DNA from: Akkermansia muciniphila
GTDB taxonomy: Bacteria > Verrucomicrobiota > Verrucomicrobiia > Verrucomicrobiales > Akkermansiaceae
Direction: 5' to 3'
NCBI GenBank assembly: GCA_945883695.1
Contig: CAMCYK010000002.1
Coordinates: 5,676 to 69,675, forward strand
Length of the DNA stretch: 64,000 nt
The notes below the pieces were generated by a model that made no database searches, was not told where the DNA came from, and saw nothing but the letters and a program-made list of their open reading frames with translations. A program made the translations under genes and the position numbers. Positions 10,667 through 21,048 of the stretch are shown here, piece after piece; positions within the stretch are counted from its first letter, which is position 1, and each line of letters opens with the position of its first letter.

Positions 10667-11640
10667 GAGGGTTCGGAGGTAACGAAACGGATCAGGTCGG
10701 CGACCGGCTCCCAAGTGCCGGCCTCGGCGAAATCGACCGCCGCCTGGACCGCCGCGTCCGCCGCCGCCTCGAGCCCCGCGAGCTCATCGTCGCGGAGAAG
10801 GCCGGCCGTCTTGAGGCGGGCCGCCAGTTGCGGGATCGGGTCGCGCGCTTTCCATTCCTCGATCTCGCTTTTCGAGCGGTAGAGCTCGGCGTCGAACATC
10901 GAATGCCCGCGGAAACGGTAGGTCCGGCATTCCAACAGGAAAGGCCCCTGCCCCGCGCGGACCTGCCGCAAGGCCTCCGCCGCCGCGGCCTCGACCGCCA
11001 GCACATCCATGCCATCGACCGTGGCGGACCCGACACCGTAGGCGTCGGCTTTCACCGACAAATCCCGCATCGAGTGCTCGTGCAGGATGCTGGTGCCCAT
11101 CGCGTAAAAGTTGTTCTCGCAGAGCAATAACAACGGCAGCCGCCACAGCGCGGCGAGATTCATCGTCTCGTGGAATTCGCCCTCGGCCAGCGCGCCTTCG
11201 CCGAACACGCAGCAGGTGGCGCGGGCGATGCCTTGCATCTTGTCGGCCAGCGCCAGCCCCAGCGCCAGCGGCAGCCCGCCGCCGACGATCGCGTTGCCGC
11301 CGTAGAAGCGGGTCGCCGCGTCGAACAGGTGCATCGAGCCGCCGCGGCCGCGGGCGCAGCCTTCCTGCTTGCCGTACATCTCCGCCATGATCGCCCCGGG
11401 GTCGACCCCGCGGACCAGCGCGTGGCCATGCTCGCGGTAGGTCGAGACCACCGCCTCGCCCGGCGTGAGTTGGCCCAGCGCGCCGACCGCCACCGCCTCC
11501 TCGCCGACGCAGAGATGGAGGAAGCCGCGGATCTTCTGCGCGGAGTAAAGTTCGACGCATTTCTCCTCGAAGCGGCGGATCAGGATCATCTGGTGCAGCA
11601 GGTCGAGGCCGTGGTCGCGGGTGGGAAGGTCCGGGTTCAT
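10663..11640 (-). CDS. pdhA: Pyruvate dehydrogenase-type E1 alpha subunit
   Basis: IRGFLHL, YREHGH, GRGGSMH, TPP-binding GEGA...[11 protein letters not shown]. Confidence 0.92.
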   Translation of the reverse strand: MNPDLPTRDHGLDLLHQMILIRRFEEKCVELYSAQKIRGFLHLCVGEEAVAVGALGQLTPGEAVVSTYREHGHALVRGVDPGAIMAEMYGKQEGCARGRGGSMHLFDAATRFYGGNAIVGGGLPLALGLALADKMQGIARATCCVFGEGALAEGEFHETMNLAALWRLPLLLLCENNFYAMGTSILHEHSMRDLSVKADAYGVGSATVDGMDVLAVEAAAAEALRQVRAGQGPFLLECRTYRFRGHSMFDAELYRSKSEIEEWKARDPIPQLAARLKTAGLLRDDELAGLEAAADAAVQAAVDFAEAGTWEPVADLIRFVTSEPS

Positions 11641-13392
11641 CTAGTCTTCGAGGGTGGACAGGTCGCCTTCCGGCAGCCCCAGTTCGCGGGCCTTCAGCAG
11701 GCGCCGCATGATCTTGCCGCTGCGGGTCTTCGGCAGGTTGGCGGTGAACTCGATCTCCTTCGGCGCGACCGCCGAACCGAGCCGCTTGCGGGCGAAGCCG
11801 AGGATCGCCCGCCGCGTTTCCTCGTCCGGGACGTGGCCGTCCTTCAAGGTGACGAAGGCCTTCACCAGCTGGCCGATCAGCGGGTCCGGCTTGCCGATCA
11901 CCCCGGCCTCCGCCACCGCCGGATGCTCCATCAGCGCGCTCTCGACCTCGAAGGGACCGACCATGTGGCCGGCGGTCTTGATGATGTCGTCGCCGCGGCC
12001 GACGAACCAGTAGTAGCCGTCGGCGTCGCGCTTCGCCAGGTCGCCGCTGAGATACCAGCCGTTGGAAAAGCATTTCCGGTAGCGCTCGTCGTCGTGCAGG
12101 TAGCCGCGGAACATCGACGGCCAGTTCGCCCGCAACGCCAGCTCGCCTTCGACGCCCGGCTCCTCGATCGGCTCCGCGCCGCTTTCGCCGACGTGCACGA
12201 TCGCCGCCTCGATCCCCGGCAGCGGCAGTCCCATCGAACCCGGCCGGATCGCGCAGGCCGGGAAATTCGCGATCATGATCCCGCCGGTTTCGGTCTGCCA
12301 CCAGTTGTCGCGGATCGCCAGGCCGAGCGCCCGCTCGCCCCACAGCACCGCCTCCGGATTGAGCGGCTCGCCGACGCTGAGGATCAAGCGCAGCGCGCCG
12401 AGATCGTGCTGCTCGCGCGGATTTCCCGGCAGCCGCATCAGCCGGCGGATCGCGGTCGGCGCGGTGTACCAGACCGTCACCCGCTGCTCGTCCAAGGTGC
12501 GGTACCAGTGCTCGGCATCGAAGTCCGCCTCATCGACCACCATCGTCACGCCGTGCAGCAGCGGCGCGATGATCCCGTAGGACGTGCCGGTGACCCAGCC
12601 CGGATCGGCGGTGCACCAGAAGATGTCGTCCGGGTGGAAATCCAGCACGTCGCGGCCGCTGGCATAATGCGTCAGCACCGCCTGATGGACATGCACCGCG
12701 GCCTTCGGCATCCCGGTGGTGCCGCTGGTGAAATGGAGCAGCGCCATGTCTTCGGGATCGGTCGGCGGGATGGTGAATTCCTCGCCCGCCTCCGCCATCA
12801 GCCGCGGCAGCGAGAGCAGGCCGGCGTCGAGGTGATCCGGCGCGTCGGTCAGCAGCACCGCCTGCAATTCCGGCAGCTCCGGCCGGATCCCGGCGACCTT
12901 CGCCTGATAGAGCGCGGCGCTGGTGACCAGCACCCGGGCATTGCCGCGGACCAGCCGCTGCTGGATCGGCCCGGGTCCGAAGGCCGGGAACAGCGGGCAG
13001 AACACGCTGGTGTTCTTCAGCGTGCCGAGCGCCGCGAAGTAGAGTTCCGGCACCCGCTGCGCCAGGCTGAACACCCGCTCGCCCTTGCCGAGGTCAAGGC
13101 CGCGCAGCACGTTGGCGAAGCGGTTGCTGGCCGCGGACAACTCGCCGTAGGAAATGTCGCGGACGCCGCCGTCCTTGCCGAGCCAGCGGATCGCCACGTG
13201 ATCGCGCCGCGCCCCGCGGGCGTGGCGGTCGACCGCCTCGTGCGCGATGTTCAATCCTGCGCCCTCCGGCAAGCCTTCGAGCTCGGCGCGGACCTCGTTC
13301 CATGAGAACGCGGCGCGGGCCGCCGGGTAGTCCGGCAGGTTGGGCGGGACCCGCGAGGGACCGGAAGAATACGCGTCGGGGGGAGGGTTCAT
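11641..13392 (-). CDS. acsA: Acetate--CoA ligase (acetyl-CoA synthetase family)
   Basis: [39 protein letters not shown]. Start at MNPPP (13392) inferred. Confidence 0.88.
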   Translation of the reverse strand: MNPPPDAYSSGPSRVPPNLPDYPAARAAFSWNEVRAELEGLPEGAGLNIAHEAVDRHARGARRDHVAIRWLGKDGGVRDISYGELSAASNRFANVLRGLDLGKGERVFSLAQRVPELYFAALGTLKNTSVFCPLFPAFGPGPIQQRLVRGNARVLVTSAALYQAKVAGIRPELPELQAVLLTDAPDHLDAGLLSLPRLMAEAGEEFTIPPTDPEDMALLHFTSGTTGMPKAAVHVHQAVLTHYASGRDVLDFHPDDIFWCTADPGWVTGTSYGIIAPLLHGVTMVVDEADFDAEHWYRTLDEQRVTVWYTAPTAIRRLMRLPGNPREQHDLGALRLILSVGEPLNPEAVLWGERALGLAIRDNWWQTETGGIMIANFPACAIRPGSMGLPLPGIEAAIVHVGESGAEPIEEPGVEGELALRANWPSMFRGYLHDDERYRKCFSNGWYLSGDLAKRDADGYYWFVGRGDDIIKTAGHMVGPFEVESALMEHPAVAEAGVIGKPDPLIGQLVKAFVTLKDGHVPDEETRRAILGFARKRLGSAVAPKEIEFTANLPKTRSGKIMRRLLKARELGLPEGDLSTLED

Positions 13393-13605
13393 GGCGGGCC
13401 ACGGCTGGGGGCAATCCACGGCCGCGGCTTGGGTCCGCGGTCGACAAGACTCCGGAAAAGGAGGGATCAACGATCATTCCTTTATAGCCCGTTCATCCCG
13501 TGATTGCCAGTCGGCGATTGATATCAACGCGGCATTTCTTGCTTCCGGCCCGCCAGCACAGAGCCTCATCAAGCCGGCGGATCCGCATCCGGATAAGGCA
13601 CCCGC

Positions 13606-16600
13606 TCAAGGTCGAACCCTGACCCGCAAGCGAATGAAGCGTTGGCCGGAGCTTGTCACGGCCAAGGTATCGGTTCCGCTCAGATCATTGCCATCCGCCA
13701 CGGTCGGCACGGCGGTCCAGGAGTTCGCCGCCAGATCCCCGCTGACCTCGATGATGTAGTCGAGATCAGCGGCCGCCGGATTCTTCACTGCATTCAGGCG
13801 GAGAAAGCGGTGGGCACCCACGCTTGCGAAATCGTGCGTGACCGGATTCGGATTCGCTCGCATGGGCGACGTGTCCAGCGCATACTCCATCAGGTTGAGA
13901 ATCCCGTCGTGGTCGGGGTCGTCCAGTGCCCCATCGTTGACGCCGGCGGTGAGTCCGTTGGCGGGATCGGCGGCCCAGGTCGCGAAGGTTTTCACGGCGG
14001 GCTGGACCGTCACCTCCACGCTGGTGGAGGTGGCCTGATAGTTGGTCGTGTCGCCCGGGGTGAAGGTCACGCCGTGCGGGGCCGTGCCGGCGGCGGGCGC
14101 GGTGGCCGGGGCGGTGAAGGAGAAGCTGCCGGGCACCGATCCCGCGCCACCGTTCAGGGTGGAGCTGGCAAGGGTTTGGCCGTAGGTGATCGGGGTGGCG
14201 CTCGGTGCCGCGGTGATCGTCGTCAGCGCCGGGGTGATGTCCGCCGTCAGGCCGGCGGGCGGCGTGAGGGTGTAATTGCCGCTGCCCTCCCCGGTGAGGA
14301 TCAGTCCGGTCACGGTCACCCCTTTCGCGCTGCCCACGTCGGGATCGGCGAAGGTGCCTGCCGCCATGCCACCGAGGGCCAGCGGGTCGCCGGTGTAGGG
14401 CTTGCCGTCGCCGCGCGTGCCCTCGCCAGGAGCCCCGGCGGGCAGCAACGCGGCGGTACCGGTGAGCACCGCCACGGCCGTGCCGTCGTAGGCCCGGTCG
14501 CTCGCGGCGAGACCGCTGGCGATGAGGACCTTGGGCGTGATCACGACCGACCCGCTCAGCCCTGCGAGCGTGTAATTGGCGGCGGCCGCCCCGGTGAGAG
14601 CCAGGCTTGAGGAAGAAGCGGCCTTGAAGGTGGCGAGGGCGCCGGACCATGCGTCGGAGCTGCTGACCGTGCCGCCTGACCCGGCGGCACCGGTGCTGCT
14701 GACGATTTTCTCCAGCGCGTAAACCATCGAGTCGGCATTCCCCGCGCCGGATTTCGGCGCGGCCACGACCGTGAAATCGTTGCCATAAGGCGCATTCAAG
14801 GTCCTGCGGCCGTCCGCGATGCCGATCCCGCCGATCCATAGTTCGTTCGCTTGAGTCGTGACCGGCGTGGTGCCGGTGACCGCCGCGTTGCTGCTGGCCG
14901 CGGCGCTGGCGATCTGGTCGAGCGGGCTGGCGGACAGGAGGCCGCTGTATTCGATCACCACCGCGGCGGAGACCAGCGAGGCCTGGGTGATGGTGATGCC
15001 CGTGGTGCCGCCGGAGACATTCGGACCCTGCCAGATCTCCGTCGTGCTGCCACCGGCGTTGCTGGCCTGCGCCACGCGCGACCAGCTGACGCCGCCGCCG
15101 CTGATGGCGGCGACCCGGTTGGCGCTGGTGCCGCGGGTGGCGATCACCGCCACCAGGGTGTTGCCGGCCTGCGGGCTGGCGGCCAGGTCGACGTTGAACG
15201 TGGTCGCGGCACTTGCGCCGGTGCTGCCGGTGGCGCTCTGCACCCGGGCCGGGGTGGAGGCGACCGCCAGCAACTCCCGCGACCCGACCTCCTTGGCGGC
15301 CAGGGTGGCGGAGCCGGTCAGGGCGAGGTTGGCGCCGTCAAGGTTGTTGGAGATCGACAAAATGCCCGCCGCGGCGGTCGCCGTCGCGTCATAGCCGCGG
15401 GTGCCGCCCAACCGCAGCGGCCGCGGCGTGATGGTGGCGTTGGAGACGGCGGGCTGGGAGGCAAGCGTGTAGTTGCCCGCGTCGGCCCCTCCCAGAGCGA
15501 AGCCGCTGGCGGTCACCGGCCAGGTGCCCGCGTTCGCGCTGGCGAAGCTGCCGCTGCCGGGAAGCACCGTCACCGTTTCCCCGCCGACCACGCCGCCGGA
15601 AACCGAGCCACCTGTTAGAACGGCGGTGGCGGTGCCGTCGTAGATCTTGTCGCTGGCCGTGACGCCGGTGAGGGTCAGCGGGACGGCCGTCACCTGGTAG
15701 GCGGACGGAGCGGAAACGCTGCCGCCGAAGCTGCCGTCGCCGCCGTAGCTGGCGGTGATGGAATGGGCGGCCACCGCGAGCGTGCCGGTGGTGAAGGTGG
15801 CCGTGCCGCCACTCAAGGTGCCGCTGCCTAACAGCGTGCCGCCATCGTTGAAGGTCACCGTGCCGGTGGCTCCCGCCGTGACGGTCGCGGTGAAGGTCAC
15901 CGGGGAACCATAGGGCCCGCTGGCGACCGGGGAGGAAACCAATGTCGTGGTCGAGGGCTGCGGCGCGGGAATGGCGCTGACCTGGTTGGAGTTGGCGCTT
16001 TCTCCGGCGGCATTGAGGGCGGATACCACATAGTAATAGGTGGTGCCGTTGGCGGCCGTTAGATCGGTAGAACTCGCGCTGGCGGGATTGCCGATCACGG
16101 TGTAGGGCCCGCCATTGGCCAGCGACCGTTTCACATAGTAGCCGGTGGCGCCTTCGGAAACCGTCCACGTCAGGCCGATGCTGGTGTTGCCGGGCGCGGC
16201 GACCAGGTTTGCCGGCGCGGCCGCGGTCAGACGGTTGATCTGGATCGCCAGAGCCGCGGAGGTGCTGGTCGCGTGGGTCGGGTTGCCCGCGTAGCGGGCG
16301 GTGATGTCGTGCGAGCCGATCGCCAGGCTGCCGGTCGTGAAGCTGGCTTGGAACGACGCGTTCAAAGCGCTGGTGCCCAGCAGCGTGGTGCCGTCAAAGA
16401 ACGACACGTTGCCGGTCGGCGAGGTGCCGGCCACCGTGGCGGTGAAGGTCAATGCCGTGCCCGGATTGGACGGCGTGCTACCGCCGGTCAGGGCGAGCGT
16501 GGTGGTGGTCGGGGGCAGGATGGTGACCGTGCCGGTGCCGGAGAACCAGGTGTCGTTCTTGTTGGCGGCGGGCGAGGCCGTTGATCCGTAGGTGCCGGGT

Positions 16601-19600
16601 GCCAGCGGCGCGCCGGCGTTGAACGTCAGCGCGGCGATGGTCCGGGTGCCGGTGAAGTTGAGGTTGACCTTGGCCCCGGCGCTGATGTCGAGGGGACCGG
16701 TGCCGAGGGCGGCGGCCTTGGTGCAGGTCAGCGTGCCGGCGGTGACCTTGTTGGCGCCGGTGAAGCTGTTGGTGCCGGAGAGCGTGACGATCCTGCCGCC
16801 CTTCGTGGTGAGACCGCCCGGACCGCTGATGTTGCCGTTGAAGGTCATGTTCCAGGTCGCATCCACCGTGGTAACCGCGTTCAGGGTGACAGGGCCGCCC
16901 CATTTGGCACCCCAGCCGTTGTTGCTGAACACCGTGCCGCCGTTGCCAATCAGGGCGTTGGTCGCGTTGTCCACCCGTTCGAATTGAAGGGTGCCGCCCG
17001 GGTTGACGGTGACCGGCCCGCTGCCCAAGGCCGCGTTGATCGGCGGGCTGACCGAGCCGTCCATCGTGCCCCAGACCAGGGTTCCGCTGTTGATGGTGGT
17101 TCCGCCACTGAAGGTATTGGCAACCGGGTAGCCGTGCACCCTGAGGGAACCGGGGCTGTCCTTGGTCAGGCTGCCCGTGCCGGAAATCAAGCCGGAGAAA
17201 ACCAGCTGTCCGGCGCCGCTGCCGCCGAGGGTCGTGGCCGCGGTCAGGTTGACCGGCACGCCGACCGTCACCGCGGTGGACGAGTTCTGGTTGATCCGCG
17301 GCAGGAGCGGCCCGTTGGCGGAAGAAGCGATGGCGTTGGTGCCGCCGATCGTGACCGTTCCGGCGAAGTTGAGCTGGTTGAAAGCGAAGCCGCTGTTCAG
17401 GTCCTGGGTCGCGGTGTAGGTGCCCGCCGGGGTGAAATTGAGAGTGTAGAACGGCGCTCCGGCGGCTGCGGGCGCGGTGGCCGGATTCCAACTGGCGGCG
17501 GTGCCCATGTTTCCGGAAACGGCGCTTGCCCAGGTGAAGGCCGCCGCTTGCCCGGCGAGGACCCCGATGGAAACCGTGGCCGGATTCGAGTTGCTGGTGC
17601 CGTTGTTGACCAGAAAGGTGAAGCGGTCCGTGCCATTGAAGCCGGCCGTCGGGGTGTAGGTCAGATCCGGCGGCGTCCCGGTCAAGGTGCCGTGGGCGGG
17701 CGGGCTGAGGATGGAGTAAGTGAGGTTGCCGCCGCTCCCGGTCAGCATGACGGGGTGCGGGGTGTTGCTCGCCAGGGTGACGCTCTGCGAATGGGCATAC
17801 GGCGTCCGGGTCATGCCCGTGCCGTCATGGAGCCACTGGCTGCCGATGATGGCTCCATTGTCCCCTGCGAACGAGGGGCCGGTCCACTTGAGCTTCGCCA
17901 CGGCCGAGCCGGTGTTCTCATAATACAACATCTGCAGGTCCACCATCTGGCCCGCCGTCAGGTTCACCGGTGTTCCGTCCTTCCAGCTGGTCGTCTGGTC
18001 CACATGGTCGTCGATCACCAGTTGGCCGTTGACGTACAGGCGGACGCCGTCGCTGTTGAGGGTCGAGAACGTGTAGGTCCCCGTTTCCGGGACCAGCAGC
18101 AGCCCGCCCCAGCGCGCGCTGAAGGTGTCCGCGCCGAGCGCGGCGTTCGGAGACGCGGTGCCCCAGTCGAAGTTCACCTGCGCGTCGGTGCGCGTGAGCT
18201 TCGGGCTGGTGAAGTTCATGTTGTCGAAGTACTCGCCCTTCAGCCCGGTGCCGGCGGTGCCGACGATGATGCTCACCGTGCCTGCTGCGGAGGGGTAGGA
18301 AGCGCCCAGACTGTCCGTCACCTCGAAGGTGAAGAAGTCCGGTCCGGTGTAGCCCGCGTTCGGTGAGTAGGTCAGGATGGGGGCGGTGCCGGTGAGCGTG
18401 CCGTGGAGGGGCAAGGTCACGTTCGAGAACGCCACCGCACCCCTCGGCGAGGTGCCGGTGAGCGTGATCGCCGCGGTTCCGGCGGTCGCCACGACCTGGG
18501 AGTTGGCCACGGCCAGCCCGGCGGCCTGCGCGGGGGCGGTGATGGCGTTTTCGATCGACGCGATGGTGTTGACCAGGGTGGTGTTTTCGGAGGATGTCGG
18601 ACTCCATTTGCCGAGGTAGCTCCGGAGCGTCGGCAAGGTCCAGCGCGCGGCATCGCCGTAGGACGCCAGCGCGTTGAGACCCGCGGTGATCGTGGTGCCG
18701 GATCCCCACTCGAAGCCCGCGGGAATGTCCAACATGGCCAGCGCGTACGGGATGCCCTCGCGGATCTTGTACTTCGACAGGGCCTTGATTCCATTGGCGC
18801 GGGAGTCGGCGCTCCACATGCGGTCGGCCAGGCACTCGATCTCGATCACCTTGAAGAAGTCGGGAATGAGCGCCTGCACATCCGCCAGCGGGAGCTTGTC
18901 GAAGCAGAATCTGGAGGCGCCGGAGCGGGAGTAGGAATCCGGCTGGTTCAAGCCGGCCTGGACCGCCGGAAAGAGCAGGTTCTTGGGCGCGTTGACGGTG
19001 TAATCGCGGATGTTGCCGCCGCCGTAGATGGCATCGCCGAACAGCGCCAGGGAGAGGAAGTTGTTCGACATCTGGATCGGGTCGCTCCAGACGATGACAT
19101 CGGGGTCGGTGGCGTTGGCCGTGAACCTCGCGAGCATGGTGTCGCGGTGCGTGCTGGCGGTGGCGGGGGTGTAGCCGCGGATCGCGGACGCGGCTTTGGC
19201 GCGGACCCAGAGATCGGTCTCGGTCGTTTTGTCGAGACGCTGGACGATGGCCGGCAAGGCGGTGCTGTCCTTGAGCAGACCGAGAGCCTGGCAGGCACCC
19301 ATGCGGCCACTGGCATCGGGGCCGGTGACGAGGTTGCGAAGGGTGGTGAGTTCCGTGCCGCTGAGGGTCCGCTTTCCCAGTTCGATGGCGGCGTAGTGGC
19401 GCACCACGGGATCGAAGTCGCCGAGGGCGGTGATCAACCGGGCGATGGTGAAACCGGGGCAATCCACTTTGAAATCCGCGGCGGCGACGGCGTGGGCCAC
19501 CGTGGCGGGGTCGAGGGTATTGGCGGGGTTGGTGTTCTTGCCGGTGATGTGGAGACGTTGCAGAGGCAGCGCGTAGGTGAGGATATAACAAGCGGTGGCG

Positions 19601-21048
19601 TTCATGCCATAGTAGCCGCTCGCTCCCAGATAAGTGCCGTCGGAGGTCGCGCCCCCGCCGTACTGCTCGCCTCCGTCGTAAGCGAACGAGCCATCGGTGC
19701 GGCGCGAGAGATCGAGGTGCCAGCGCACGGGATTCAAATGTTCCGCCACCGCGAGGGCACCCCCCATGTTGGCCCCCATCGCGCTCCACAGATAGCTGAA
19801 ACCCTGGCCGGTATGGCCGTACTCGCGGCCCCGGTAGCTGGCGATGGTCATGCGCGAGTAGTACTCGGTTTCCGCGGCGCGACCGTCCTGCAAGCCGAAG
19901 AGCACGGCGCACATCGGGTCTTTGCCATTGGAAGAGTGCCCGCTGATGAAGGGTTCGTGCTCGCCGTAGGGAATCGGGCCCTTGTTGACGTAAAACGCGA
20001 AGAAGTCGGAGCCGCGCTGGATCGCGCCGTCGATCTCCGGGTTAACCGGCTGCCCGCCCTGGAGCAGCGCCTTCCTGCCCATCACGATGGCCGTGTTGGC
20101 GACGATGCCGACCGCGTTGACCGGGCCGTAGCCGGTGTTCATGCGGCGCCCGGAGCCATCGGGTCTCGATACAGACGGGCCGTGACCGAAGGTGCCATTG
20201 ATGCTCTGGGACTGGACGAGTTTCAGCGTGTAGCTGTTGATGCCGGGAAGCACATTGGCATCGCCCGTTGCCAGATAGTACTCGGCGAGGAACAGGCCCA
20301 TGTAGGCCCAGTCCCAAATCGGCAGGCCCACCGGTTGTGGCCCCGCGGTCGCACGGGCGCGGGCGTAGGTTTGCAGGCGGGTCTGCACCGCGGCGTAATC
20401 CGGATCGCCCGGCGCCACCCCGGCCAGCAACGCCAAAGCGCTGATGGCCCCCTTCCAGTCGCTGGTGAGGAAATTCGGGTTGGCAAGAAGCTGGCCGACC
20501 AGCTTGTTGCGGGCGTTGGCAAGGATGAGCGTGGATTTCGGGCAGGAATAGGGAGCGGTGGCGGTGTAATCGCCCATGATGGCGATGGGGATGTTCTCAT
20601 CGGTGACGATGCCGGCGCGCCAGCGTTTGACACGGAGGGTGCCGGCTCCGGCCTTCTCGGCATCGCCGACGGCCGCGCCGAAGGCCTTGCGGGCATCGCT
20701 CGTGAAGTTCGGGACCGTGCCGCTGCCGGCCGCGATCGCGCCGAGGATCACATCGTCCACCGCCAGCGTGGCGTTGGCGGGCGCGCTCGCCACGGTGACC
20801 AGGATCTGGCGGCTTTCGCCGCTCATGGTTCCATCCGCGCCGTGGGTGTTGCCGGATCCGCCGCTGAGATAAATCCACCCGCGCAGGCCGGTGGGCCCGA
20901 GATTGTAGGTCTCGCCGCGGTCGATCGTGGCGATCACGCCCGGCGCGGTGAGGTCCGGCGGCGCGGCCCGCAACCCGCCGGCAAGGGCCAGCAGCAGGAC
21001 CAGCGAGAGCGCGGATCGCGCGGCGCGGCGATGGAACGGCGAATTCAT
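13606..21048 (-). CDS. Giant secreted protein: DUF6288-like N-terminal domain + Ig-like, PA14, autotransporter-associated repeats, FN3, YDG-like repeats, conserved C-terminal domain
   Basis: Signal peptide; N-terminal ~830 aa paralogous to the upstream gene; PA14 GLKGEYF...FSARW...DGVRL; FN3 LTW..SEGATGYYVKRS; KIYDGT/RAYDGT repeats; ends FIRLRVRVRP. Confidence 0.8.
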   Translation of the reverse strand: MNSPFHRRAARSALSLVLLLALAGGLRAAPPDLTAPGVIATIDRGETYNLGPTGLRGWIYLSGGSGNTHGADGTMSGESRQILVTVASAPANATLAVDDVILGAIAAGSGTVPNFTSDARKAFGAAVGDAEKAGAGTLRVKRWRAGIVTDENIPIAIMGDYTATAPYSCPKSTLILANARNKLVGQLLANPNFLTSDWKGAISALALLAGVAPGDPDYAAVQTRLQTYARARATAGPQPVGLPIWDWAYMGLFLAEYYLATGDANVLPGINSYTLKLVQSQSINGTFGHGPSVSRPDGSGRRMNTGYGPVNAVGIVANTAIVMGRKALLQGGQPVNPEIDGAIQRGSDFFAFYVNKGPIPYGEHEPFISGHSSNGKDPMCAVLFGLQDGRAAETEYYSRMTIASYRGREYGHTGQGFSYLWSAMGANMGGALAVAEHLNPVRWHLDLSRRTDGSFAYDGGEQYGGGATSDGTYLGASGYYGMNATACYILTYALPLQRLHITGKNTNPANTLDPATVAHAVAAADFKVDCPGFTIARLITALGDFDPVVRHYAAIELGKRTLSGTELTTLRNLVTGPDASGRMGACQALGLLKDSTALPAIVQRLDKTTETDLWVRAKAASAIRGYTPATASTHRDTMLARFTANATDPDVIVWSDPIQMSNNFLSLALFGDAIYGGGNIRDYTVNAPKNLLFPAVQAGLNQPDSYSRSGASRFCFDKLPLADVQALIPDFFKVIEIECLADRMWSADSRANGIKALSKYKIREGIPYALAMLDIPAGFEWGSGTTITAGLNALASYGDAARWTLPTLRSYLGKWSPTSSENTTLVNTIASIENAITAPAQAAGLAVANSQVVATAGTAAITLTGTSPRGAVAFSNVTLPLHGTLTGTAPILTYSPNAGYTGPDFFTFEVTDSLGASYPSAAGTVSIIVGTAGTGLKGEYFDNMNFTSPKLTRTDAQVNFDWGTASPNAALGADTFSARWGGLLLVPETGTYTFSTLNSDGVRLYVNGQLVIDDHVDQTTSWKDGTPVNLTAGQMVDLQMLYYENTGSAVAKLKWTGPSFAGDNGAIIGSQWLHDGTGMTRTPYAHSQSVTLASNTPHPVMLTGSGGNLTYSILSPPAHGTLTGTPPDLTYTPTAGFNGTDRFTFLVNNGTSNSNPATVSIGVLAGQAAAFTWASAVSGNMGTAASWNPATAPAAAGAPFYTLNFTPAGTYTATQDLNSGFAFNQLNFAGTVTIGGTNAIASSANGPLLPRINQNSSTAVTVGVPVNLTAATTLGGSGAGQLVFSGLISGTGSLTKDSPGSLRVHGYPVANTFSGGTTINSGTLVWGTMDGSVSPPINAALGSGPVTVNPGGTLQFERVDNATNALIGNGGTVFSNNGWGAKWGGPVTLNAVTTVDATWNMTFNGNISGPGGLTTKGGRIVTLSGTNSFTGANKVTAGTLTCTKAAALGTGPLDISAGAKVNLNFTGTRTIAALTFNAGAPLAPGTYGSTASPAANKNDTWFSGTGTVTILPPTTTTLALTGGSTPSNPGTALTFTATVAGTSPTGNVSFFDGTTLLGTSALNASFQASFTTGSLAIGSHDITARYAGNPTHATSTSAALAIQINRLTAAAPANLVAAPGNTSIGLTWTVSEGATGYYVKRSLANGGPYTVIGNPASASSTDLTAANGTTYYYVVSALNAAGESANSNQVSAIPAPQPSTTTLVSSPVASGPYGSPVTFTATVTAGATGTVTFNDGGTLLGSGTLSGGTATFTTGTLAVAAHSITASYGGDGSFGGSVSAPSAYQVTAVPLTLTGVTASDKIYDGTATAVLTGGSVSGGVVGGETVTVLPGSGSFASANAGTWPVTASGFALGGADAGNYTLASQPAVSNATITPRPLRLGGTRGYDATATAAAGILSISNNLDGANLALTGSATLAAKEVGSRELLAVASTPARVQSATGSTGASAATTFNVDLAASPQAGNTLVAVIATRGTSANRVAAISGGGVSWSRVAQASNAGGSTTEIWQGPNVSGGTTGITITQASLVSAAVVIEYSGLLSASPLDQIASAAASSNAAVTGTTPVTTQANELWIGGIGIADGRRTLNAPYGNDFTVVAAPKSGAGNADSMVYALEKIVSSTGAAGSGGTVSSSDAWSGALATFKAASSSSLALTGAAAANYTLAGLSGSVVITPKVLIASGLAASDRAYDGTAVAVLTGTAALLPAGAPGEGTRGDGKPYTGDPLALGGMAAGTFADPDVGSAKGVTVTGLILTGEGSGNYTLTPPAGLTADITPALTTITAAPSATPITYGQTLASSTLNGGAGSVPGSFSFTAPATAPAAGTAPHGVTFTPGDTTNYQATSTSVEVTVQPAVKTFATWAADPANGLTAGVNDGALDDPDHDGILNLMEYALDTSPMRANPNPVTHDFASVGAHRFLRLNAVKNPAAADLDYIIEVSGDLAANSWTAVPTVADGNDLSGTDTLAVTSSGQRFIRLRVRVRP

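Noticed and set aside
13517-13528. FNR/CRP box upstream of acsA (TTGATATCAA)
   Set aside because: Half-sites lack the required 4-nt spacer.
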